From: Squalus acanthias
Taxonomy: Eukaryota
Assembly (NCBI GenBank): GCA_030390025.1
Contig: CM059432.1
Location: forward strand, 49,664,001 to 49,728,000
Direction: 5' to 3'
Length of the DNA stretch: 64,000 nt
Shown piece by piece: positions 36,619 to 46,787 of the stretch. The notes below the pieces were generated by a model. It was not told the DNA's origin and made no database searches. It saw nothing but the letters and a program-made list of their open reading frames with translations. The position numbers and the translations under genes were made by a program. Within the stretch, counting starts at the first letter, position 1; each line of letters begins with the position of its first letter.

Positions 36619-37520
36619 CTGAGTACTGCAGTCTCCTCCAGAGCGGTCCAGGTACCTGGAAGCGTTGCTTGAGGATGCTGTTGGTGTGCTCTATAATGTT
36701 CCTTCTGGCAGCACCTGCTCTCATTGTAGGCCTGCTGTGCACATGTGCGTGGGTTTCGGACCAGAGTCATGAACAATGTCATGAGTGGATAACCCTTGTT
36801 GCCCAGTAGCCAGCCTTTGACTTGCCATGGTGGGTCAAATACAGGTGGCACAGAGGACTGCCGCAGAATCAAGAATAACGGGCATTCACCTGCATGATGC
36901 GTTGCCTGTGGTTACACACAAGCTGCACATTGAGGGAGTGGAATCCCTTTCGGTTCATGAAAATGGGCGAGTTCAGCATGACTGTGGGTGCATGCAAGGC
37001 AATGTGCCTGCAGTCAATAACACCGTGAACCATGGGGAACCCTCCAGTTCATGCAAACCCTTGTGCTCGCTCCGCTTGCTTGTCTCTGGCAAGAAGGTAA
37101 GAGATGAAGCTGTGTCTCTGTGTATAGAGAGTCTCAGTGCAGCGGTGTACTGCGAGATGTTGCTTATATCTCCAGCAGCAGCCCGGAAGGAGCCAGAAAA
37201 GTTAAGAGCCACGGTCACCTTGACAGCCACAGGCAATGGTGTCCTTGCCCTGCTTTGAGGTTGCAGTTGTGGCTGCAGCAGTTGGCAGGTTTCAGTCACA
37301 ACCTCTTTAGTGAAATGAAAACGTCTCAAGCATTAGTCGTTGCTGAAATTGAGGTAAGAGAATTGTTCCCTAAAGACCCTCGGCGGATATGGCCTCCTGC
37401 TGAGAGCCCTTCTCCCCTCCTCCTCCTCCCTCTTCTAGCAGCTTGTCCTGCTCTGAGTGGCCTCTCTTCATTCTCTCAGTCATGCTCAATTCCAAGAGGA
37501 AGGCCTACCAACTGCTAGAT
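36619..37520 (-). pseudogene. Harbinger DDE transposase remnant
   Basis: LRRFHFTKE...[16 protein letters not shown]...GDISNISQ, and GWLLGNKGYPL. Confidence 0.88.
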
Positions 37521-39464
37521 GGGAAGGGAACGTATGTCAATACACGGACTACCAACCATCTACTTGAGCAGTATTTTACATGCTATAAGCTCACTGCGTG
37601 TCCCACTGCAGCTGTGCATTATTCTTAACACGCAATTGTTGAACGGATATACGCGCAACATATACGTGAGTGAGGCAGTTGTATTTTCTCAGCTGGAATC
37701 AGGCAAAACATCTTCCCCTATGAGTAATATCATTTTGTTAAGAAACCAGGAGAAAAGAGCTCAGAAGCAGTACCGTGCCACCCAGGAAGCTGAACTGCCA
37801 TCGTCGTGAAAGTCCCATTTTACATAGGAATTATGTTTTTTTTTATGGGAAAACCTGCCTGCTAAAATATACTGGCTATGATTACAAAAAGTATATAGAG
37901 CACAAAGTTTGAATTGACAGAAGCCTACGACCACAGAAACCCAGACTTTTCTGCTCCTCTTCACCCCACATAAATAAGTCTAAAGCTTATCTTTTAGGGC
38001 CTTCGCTTCTTCCCGACAGATTCTGCTGAGCTGCGTGGCCATTGTTGAAATGGGCGGGAAACTTGGTGAAAAGATTTAAAAGGAGTCTTGCTGTTAATTT
38101 CAGCAGAACGTCGGGGAAACTCGGAATTCTAGGTTTTCCGTCCGGACCTCTTCCCCACGCTCCCTCCCCGCCTTCCCGTAAATATTGGGGCCAATACATC
38201 CAATCTTTGTTCTGATGTTCATGCATGTCATAGAACCCCAATTAGCATTTTTAATGAGTCAGCCTTACCCACTGGAAAAATGGCAGTGTTACACCTGCTG
38301 TGGAGTGGCAAATAGACCCACTCGATTTTACCTCTCGCCCGGTTTCTGCCAGGTGAAAGGAGTTCAAATCCCCCCCCCTTACATTGTTTTGTTTCTCTGT
38401 GGGTTGTTTCTAAGCAATACTTTTAGGACTCATTAGACCCATCGAGCCATGTTAAAAGGCATTCAGTAAGGTATTATAGAGTTATGTGGGTCCTGAGGGG
38501 GCTCTCACCGCTGGAGGCAACAACCATGTGTACACAATTGAGGAAATGATGCTCTTTGCTTCCTTTCAATGAAACTAGATGGTGTAATGATATGAATTAC
38601 AATATCAGCACTTAAACTGAAATAAAAATGTTGGCAAAAGCAACTGAGCTTTGCATTATAAATGAAGCATGGTTTATACAACATTTGGTCTGATGTTTTT
38701 ATATGATAAACCTTTGTTATCATACTCCAGAGTGATATCAATTTATCATACACCTGTGGCAATATTGTGACCATAACTGCTTATCCTCCACCCTACCCTA
38801 TTACAGCTGTAAATGTGAAGCCCTATTTACTTTACAGCTACAGCACAGCCAATAATGTCAAAATGAAGTAGCATTGGCTGCCTCTAGAGCTGTTAAGACC
38901 CACCTGAGGGGATGATTTTTGCCAGCACCAGCAGAAGCAGAATATAGATACTGCTCCCAGAGGCAGGATGGGCAATTCGGTTTTCCGCTTGCTGGTCAAT
39001 GCAGAAATTCTCAGTCTTGGGTGAAGGTACAGTGGCCAGAAAACAAAATAAAGCAACTGCACAGAAGCAGGCTTCAATGGGGGTAATTTTAACCCCTAAG
39101 AATGGGTGGGTTGGGTAGCGGGGGGGGAAGTTAAAATTTTAAAAATTTCAAACCTGACCCCAACCCACTCACTTCCGGTTTAAACGAAGGCAGGCCGGGG
39201 GGGCGGGCGACCAATCCGTTCTCAGGAGGCAGATCAGTCGGTAAAATCTTCCATTTTTACAGACTTTTTATTTTTTGCCCATTTGGGACTTGGGAAACCC
39301 TGCAGGGAAAAGGAGACAAGAAGGGCCGGATCCATGAGGTAAGTGCATTTACAGCACTGTTTCAGTCCAGGAGTGTTTTCTTCAGGCCCAAGTAGATCAC
39401 CCCTGAATTCCCCCCACCTCCACGTTCTCCCGCCCAACCACGATCTCTCCACCCCCCCCACCCC

Positions 39465-41302
39465 TGTAAGGGATGGTGTGGTAGGGTCAGCTTCACCTCT
39501 GACTTCAGTGAGCGGTTCGAATCGCTCGCATGGCCCTGGTTCTAGACCTTGGACTTATTTGGGGGTCGTGAACAAAAGGTGCAGTAGACAACAGGTTTTG
39601 AAGAAAGAACTTTAACTTTTATTCAAGAAAAAGGTAAATACAACACAAACAATCTTAAAACATACTTAATATTTAAAACACAGGTTGGAGAACATACGGT
39701 ACAGGTGAGGGAGAATTACAGTATACTAAAACCCCTTATCCCTCCCGATCCCACTGCCTAGCTAGGTTTGATTCCAGAGGACCAGGGATAATGCTCACCA
39801 CTCCTTGACAGTTCTCGACAGTTGAGGTATTTCGCGATTTCGGGGTTCACTGGGGTTTTTGGTTGTTGGGGCCTGCTGTACCCCGGACGTGGTGGAAGAC
39901 TTAAGCTGCACTCCAGGTCAGTTTGTGTCTGTCCGCTGATGCGGTAAGGTGCGTATGTGGATCTATCAGGTGAGTACCCAATTTTTCTTCGTTAGAGGTA
40001 GGGTTTAGAGTTTTTTAAGGAAAAATTTTACCCAGGGGTAAGTCAGGAATAGTTTGTAGTTTGGAAACTTGCGTGTCTTCGGTTTTTCCTGGTGTTGTTC
40101 TTTCGGTGGTCGCGCCGGCCTGGTTCGCACCTGGTTGGTCGGTGGCGTGGTGTTGGTTGGTTCGTGGGGCCTTGGTTGCTGCGAGGCGTTGGGAACCTTT
40201 TTCCCAGTCGGGTCCGTCGATGACCCCCCTTACTGTGGCGTGTTGTCCTTGCGTGCCTCGGTACTGTTACTAACTTTAAACTGCCTCTCTGGACAGCCTT
40301 GAACTAACTTTAAGTATAGTGTTGTAACAAACCGCACGGCTTGAACAGACACCACCACAGTGTCTCTCGGGTTCCTCGTGTCTTCTTGCCCGTGGCTTTA
40401 GGCCAGCCTGCCTTCAGAAATTCCTTGTTGCTTGGCTCTTGTGTCGAACCTGTGTGGCTCTCTTTCTTCGCTTTTTTCTTCGCTTGAATAGGCCCCCAAT
40501 TATACTGTTCAGGTCTATTGTATTTTTCGCGCCAAAACTGCTTTACTAATCGATTTCGCGTTAAAGTGATTTAGGTTTCAGTCGAGGCCTGTTTATCTTA
40601 GCGCCAAATCTCGTTTCTTCTGTCTTAGGTTTTGGCGGGCTCGTTAAGTCTGATGACTTTAACTTAGTGTTAACTTGTCCTGATGGCTACCGATGTCTTC
40701 CATTGAGACAGGGCCTCTATCTACCCGCCAAATCTCGCTTCTTTGTCTTAGGTTTTTGGCGGGCTTGTTAAACTGTTCCTGTCGATATTGCCTAATCGGT
40801 TTTTGATGGGATGATGGGCTATGAAACTGTATACTGGCAGTTTTATTTGTTAGGAATTGTTTTCCGACTTCCAATTTCCTGTCTGGACCTGGGGATTTCA
40901 AAAGGGTCTTGGTTTATTCATTTTTGAATGTGTTTGTGAGGTTTTGGATGAGGCTCTTCCTCCTTGGTTGGATTGCAGTGCAAACATCTCCCAGACAGCT
41001 TGACTTGGTCCCAAAACCAAAAGCTGTCCACTGCCTCACCACACCCCTTCCCGCAGCCTGTGTTTCTGTGACTGCAGGTTTTCCCAATGGCCCTTTTAAA
41101 AAGGTATCTTATCATCCAAAGTCATTTTCCTCAGGTTTTATCCTTCCTTGATTCTTGTCAAAATGTCTTCAAAACTGAGGCCTTGAACTCAAATTCCTTC
41201 ATTTCAGTCCCACCATTCCAAATTCGTGTTAAGATCCAAAACTCACCCCCTTGAGGGTTCTATTCGAGTTTCTGGGGGATTTTGCGAAGCCTATTCCCCG
41301 CA
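39465..41302 (-). mobile_element. Long (~1.84 kb) solo-LTR-like insertion
   Basis: TG...CA ends with flanks acccc and accac. Minus-strand AATAAA at 39618-39623 and internal direct repeats. No coding remnant recognised. Confidence 0.55.
40525..40762. promoter_or_regulatory. Cluster of E2F-like motifs
   Basis: TTTCGCGCCAAA at 40525-40536, TTTCGCG at 40554, GCGCCAAA at 40601, TTTGGCGG at 40631 and 40755, CCGCCAAA at 40725. Confidence 0.5.
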
Positions 41303-41650
41303 ACCACGATCTCTCTCCCCCACCGACTGCAAGCCCACCCTCCCTGTGATCTCTCTGTCCCTCCCTCCCTTTTCTCTGCTCCCCGGCTGCAGCCTTGTGC
41401 CGCAGGCTTTCCTGCCCGACAGGTAGGCAACGTATCAATCAGGGAAACCTGATGAAAAAATTTAAAAGGAGTCATGCTGTTAATTTCAGCAAGACATCTG
41501 GGAAACCCGTACTTCTGAGTTTTCCATCTGGAACTCCTCACCTCCCGCTCCCTCCCTGTTTCCCTGTAATTATCGAGACCAACATGTCCAATTCTTTTTT
41601 TTGACGTTCCTATACTTTCAGAACCATATTAGAATGTAAACGACAACACT

Positions 41651-43494
41651 GGGGGGAATTTTAAAGTGGAGGAGTGCGGGGGTTTAGGTGGAGGTGGGTG
41701 GGGGGGGGATTAAAGTCATTGAAAATGTCAGAGGCCGCGATTTCGCCTGCCAAGGCGGGTCCGGTGCGGCCGGGGTTGGTGGTGGGGTGTGACCCCGCTG
41801 CTGACTCCAGCCCGCTCTGTGAAATGATTTTATGCTAACTGGGCTTGTTAAGCCCGCCCAGCGCGTTTCCCGGCCAATTGAAGGAAGCGGGTCTGATGAC
41901 ATCACTTGATGACACGTCATCAGCCAGTTTCCTTAAAGGGGCCATGTGCAAATTGATTTTGACAGTTGTGCTGTCAGTGTTCTACAGCATTGAGGTGCTG
42001 CAAACACTGACAAGCACTGCACAGAAGTGCACGGCTGCACCCAGGCTCTCCCATGACTCCCTCCATATGCTTATGGAGGGAGTCACAGCACGCAGGGAGG
42101 TCCTCTTCCCTTCCAATGGGTGGAAAAGACCTCCCCAGGAGATCAACGCAGCCTGATTGCACATTGCACAGGAGGACCCAAGCAGGGATGTCGTCAGGAG
42201 GACCAGGCTGCAGTGGCGCAAACCTTTCAATGATCTTAGTAGATCATGAAACGTTACTGCAAAGCCACACTCAACCTCATCCTGCTGTGCCACTCATCAC
42301 ACCCTCATCACTCTGCCTTCTCTACCCTACTCCTGCACATCCTTACTCACACCAACTTACCTTACACCTCCACCCATCCCTCTCTCTCTATCTCCATTAT
42401 CACTTCCCCATCGCACTAGCCACCCCTCACACTCACTCTCATCCTAGTCCAATCATACCAACTAACAACACACAAGGGTAGGTACTTGGGTGTTTTACCT
42501 AATGTTCATGTGAAGTTTCTGTTAATGTACTGTCAAACATTGAAATCTTTGCATTCTTGGACAGATTTGTGTCACCTTTGGAAGTGGCTTAGTGAGTTGC
42601 AGTGAATGGTGAGACATAATGGTAACCCCCGCAATGGTGATGAGTTTGAAAGGAATGGCTTGGGCATTGTAGGGATGCTTTATTGTGTTGGTGTGGGGTG
42701 GTGCCAACCTGGCACATCATGTTGCAGCCAGGGTGTACAGCGTCCAGTGAAATAAATCTGTCTATGGTGAGGCCATCTCTGGCATCCCGGGCAGCAATGT
42801 GATCGGGTGCTGATGCCCTGTGTCCTGTGCAGTATCAGTTGATTGCGGAGAAGGTTGGCATTGTTGTTGGTACTGCTGGTGTGCCTGGTGATGCTGGTGT
42901 TGGGGCTGATCATGTTGGGATTCTGAGGACCAAGGTGAGATTTTTTCAAGGGCACCGATGCTGATGGAATAGATGGCAGGTGAAGTTGAGATGACAGAAG
43001 CGATCTGTCAGTGGTGAGAGAGGTTGTTCCAATGAGGTGACACTGGATACAGAGTTTGCTCCAAACACTTGCAAGTTGCATAAAACTCAATCTGTCTTCC
43101 AAATGCAGTGAGCAACAGCTTCTAACCTTGGAAAGTGAACAGCTCTGAAATGGGAGCTTTTATAGACCATTTGCAGCTGACAAGTTATGAAATGATCCCA
43201 CGGTGACACAACTCGCGACCTCCTTACCTTGACGTGATCCCCGAGCAGCGGGGAAGCCATGGGCAAAGTCTTAAAATCTAAAGTGAGCTTAAAATAGTTT
43301 TTAAGTGCCTGTTAACAAGCTCTTAATGATCTAAATTGCCTCCCTCGCAGCTTGGTGTCGGGTCTGTTCAGCGATGACAGACCCGACATCTGGGAGACTA
43401 GTGTGGAGGCGGGTTGACAGCGGGTAGGAAAAAAAAAATTATCCACCTGACCCGCCACCAAATGCGCCTGCTGACCCCCCGAAAAATTCCCCCC
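41651..43494. mobile_element. Non-autonomous Harbinger deletion derivative (1.84 kb)
   Basis: Perfect TIRs GGGGGGAATTTT with flanks ACT and AGT. Myb exon remnant at ~42030-42250 (+) and fused transposase N- and C-termini at ~42760-42950 (-). Confidence 0.85.
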
Positions 43495-43499
43495 AGTGT

Positions 43500-46400
43500 G
43501 TCTGGAATCCGGCTCCAACGTGCCGACTTCCAGGGTAACTCGGGCGTGTTCGCCTGCGTGCATGTAACCCCCTCCGCAGAGTCGGGTTAGCGATTTGAAT
43601 ATTTAAATCACTGAATTGCAACAATATTTCAACCGGCATTTAACTTTAACAGAGCATGCATGGGTTTCCCGGGCTTCCTGAAACTCGCCATTAAAGCCGA
43701 GACGAGAAGAGAACGGCAATTCATGGGGCTCATTAAAAGTCAGGCACATACTGCAATAAATACTCAGTGCTCACAGTTGCTTTCTTACCTCACACTGGGA
43801 AAGGGTTTGTTGAGAGTACACTTTGGAGGGATTGAGACTCAGATCAGGATGGGTGGCGCCGTGGCTGCCTTAGATTGGACCTTGGACGAGGAGCAATATG
43901 ACCATCAGCAGCAGCAGCAGCCTGCTGTAGAGACCTACAGCTGGTCAGCAGAGAGGGGATCAGCCGCAGAGGAACTACCCATTTATCAGGGTGTTGCTTG
44001 ACCTCTCGGAAAAGCAGTGCTTCCGGAGACTCAGGTTGTCGCACCAGGTGGTGACAGGCATTTAAAAAAAATTAATTCATGGGATGTGAGCATCGCTGGC
44101 AATTATTGCCAATCCCTAATTGCCCTTGAGAACGTGGTGGTGAACCGCCACCCTCCCCACCTTCTTGAACCACTGCAGTCTATGATACTTCTTTGTAGCG
44201 GTTTGGTACAACTGAGTAGCTTGTTGGGCCATTTCAGAGGGCAGTTAAGAGTCAACCACAGTGCTGTGGGTCTGGAGTCACATATAGGCCAGACCAGGTA
44301 AGGACAGCAGATTTCCTGAGTGAACCAGATGGGTTTTTACAACAATCCAGTAGTTGCACATTCACCATTACTGATACTAGCTTTTTAATTCCAGATTTAA
44401 TTTGCTGAATTTAAATTCCCCAGCTGTTAGTGGTGAGATTTGAACTTCACATCTCAGGATCATTAGTCCAGACCTCTGGATTATTAGTCCAGTAACATAA
44501 CCACTAGGCTACCGTAACGGTACTGCAGCTTCCTAGAAGAAGACCTGCTCCCTGCTGGATCTGGTGGTCATGTATTACCAATGGCTATGAAAGTGACCAC
44601 CACCCTCAACTTTTTTGCCTCCAGATCCTTCCAGGGCACATAACATTTTCTCATACCATGTACATACCCTTGTGCAACTAAAATCTTTAATCTTCCTTTT
44701 AATAGCGCTCCTACGTAGTGTAACCCCAATGGCTTCAGCAGAGGTAGAGGCAGGCTGCTCAGATCCAAGCTCTGACTGTTGAGATACTCTTGGCCGAGAT
44801 CCTCTGGGTTTTAGAGTCCCTGAGGGCCCCGTCAAAGAGTGCTCCACCTGCACCTGTGCAGGGGCCGTCGGGAGAGGAAGCAACATGTCAGGTACTGGCT
44901 GAGGGAGCGGGCGGGCAACAGGTGAGAAGTGGAAGTGCTTTGAGCGGAGTTCACACTTCCATGCCCCCTTTCGCCATCATCCCACTCATGGGCCAGCCAC
45001 CCTTCACTCCTATCACTCTGCTGGAGAGCAGCTTGGTGCAGATCAGTATCGCTGTCATCCTAATTAAGGTGCCAGGAATGTTGGCAGCCAGAGCCTGCAC
45101 AGCTGTGGTCAAGGCCTGCATGGCCGCCTTTGATTGCCGCGATTGATGTTCCAGGTGTTGGCCATTCTATCCATGGACGAAGACATTGTCACAATGCCCT
45201 GCGACATCAACCCACTCACGCTTGAGCTGGACTCCTCCATTCTCTCTGCAATCATAGACAGTGTGCGTGGAAGGCCTGTCAGTACGTCGCAGATTTTCTG
45301 CTGCCCCTCAATGATTATCCTTTTCATCGACGGCCCCCAGCGTCATTTGTGTCCACCTGAGCAGAGCTTGGAGAGGGATGCGTCTTCTGATGCGAACTCT
45401 CCACAGCTGTCCCTGCCACCACTGTCTGCTCTTGCTCACTTGTGAAGTGTGAGTCACCAGATGACAACCCAACTATCTGTCTAACTGGACCCATCTGAGC
45501 TAGTGCATGTTAAGCATGACTGAGTGCCGTATGATGTGTGGGTTGCTGATATTTAATTCCGTCACCAGGTAGCTGGGAGGTCCCAATCTCCCCATCTCTG
45601 ATGGTCAGCGATGCCGAAATGCCGCTGATCTCCAGCGCTTCCTCCTCTGCAGTTGTCAACTGGGAAATCTGTGGAGGACCACCTCCGGTTCGCTCCCTCT
45701 TCCTAGTGTTCTGTGCTCTCTTCTCCTGCAACGGGGGGAGAACAGACCTCTGAGTGAATGTAATGGCATGTTTTCACCCAATGGATGCAGTGCATTTGGT
45801 GAGGGTGACTATCAGTGAGAGACAACAAATTGCATGAGGATCAGGGTGAGTGACAGTGTGGATGGATAGATGTGAATGTGGGGAAGTGCATAGAAAGAGA
45901 ATGATGGGGGCGCTTGCAAGTTAATTGGGTGTGAGGAGTGATGTGATGGAGTAGGCTTGACAAGGCAGAGTGAGGAGGGGATGATGTACACAACAGGGTG
46001 TAGGTGAATGTGCAACTGTACTTGCCTTTCCTGACTTGGTTAGGTCACTAAAGCGATTTGTGCACTGAATCCAGGAGCGTGGCACAGTGCTCCTGCTGCT
46101 GACCTCTTCTGCCACCTCCAGCCAGACATTCATTGTAGCAGCAGCAGGTTTCTTCTCCTATTGCCAGGGAAGAGTATCTCTCTCCAACTCCTCACTGCAC
46201 CCAGCAGTGCATACAGTGATGCATCGTTAAATCAAGGCACAGCCCTTGACAATCCTGAATCCATGCTGAGACTTCACCCCTCTTGGTTCAAACTCATAAC
46301 TCCCCCAAATTCCATCTTTGAGTTGGCCCTTTAAATACTCCAGTTGAGATCGCATCATGCGGGTCCGCACCACACCCGCTGCCGCACATTCATTGCCAAA

Positions 46401-46600
46401 CCTTAAAGTTCTATTCTAATTCGGTTACTGCGTTTAAATGCCAACGACTGACGTACTGAAAGTTCTTCCAGGTTTCCCACCCGATATCGCATCCCTCTAC
46501 TCTGAACACACCTCCGAGTTATTAACGAGGTCAATGAGAGTCCAAGGCTATACTGTCGAACCTTTTCTGCACTATAAATAAGTTCTAAGATATTCAGGTG
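43500..46600. mobile_element. Decayed two-gene Harbinger (transposase + 43849-44640; Myb gene - 46264-44690)
   Basis: CFRRLRLS and VLPMAMKVTTTLNFFASRSFQ on +. WLEVAEEV...WIQCTNRFSDL and EKRAQN...RTGGGPP on -. Termini uncertain. Confidence 0.75.
44063..44518 (-). mobile_element. Full-length SINE derived from the tRNA-headed LINE
   Basis: A box GGTAGCCTAGTGG and B-box-like GTTCAAATC. The body equals the LINE 5' region and the tail equals the LINE 3' end. Confidence 0.88.
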
Positions 46601-46711
46601 CTTTACAACAATAACTCTGCAAGGGGCTTGGAATGCCATTAAAGGTGATGAGATTAATTATTGTGAGAAGTCGCACAACACCAGGTTATAGTCCAACAGT
46701 TTTATTTGAAA

Positions 46712-46748
46712 TCACAAGCTTTCGGAGCGCTGCTCCTTCATCAGGTGA
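46712..46748 (-). ncRNA. Minimal type I hammerhead ribozyme
   Basis: Reverse complement reads TCAC-CTGATGA-A-GGAGC agc GCTCC-GAA-AGCT-T-GTGA. Confidence 0.82.
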
Positions 46749-46750
46749 CT

Positions 46751-46787
46751 TCACCTGATGAAGGAGCAGTGCTCCGAAAGCTTGTGA
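46751..46787 (+). ncRNA. Minimal type I hammerhead ribozyme
   Basis: TCAC-CTGATGA-A-GGAGC agt GCTCC-GAA-AGCT-T-GTGA. Confidence 0.82.

Larger units (their letters stand above)
26140..37560. mobile_element. Decayed two-gene PIF/Harbinger transposon, heavily nested
   Basis: TIR-like GGGGGAGAAATT. Myb/SANT exon at 26446-26684 (+) and C-terminal exon at 31276-32170 (+). The convergent transposase (-) is in two parts, 32340-32593 and 36619-37520. Assigning all pieces to one element is inference. Confidence 0.65.
39079..41580. mobile_element. Non-autonomous Harbinger-type element (inverted relative of 11844-14214) interrupted by an LTR-like insert
   Basis: Termini GGGGGTAATTTTAACCCC and GTAATTATCGAGACC, with flanks AAT and AAC. 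Confidence 0.7.

Noticed and set aside
37519..39077. Short ORFs and AG/GT-bounded segments in unique-looking sequence
   Set aside because: Frames close within ~40-55 codons and no protein family is recognisable.
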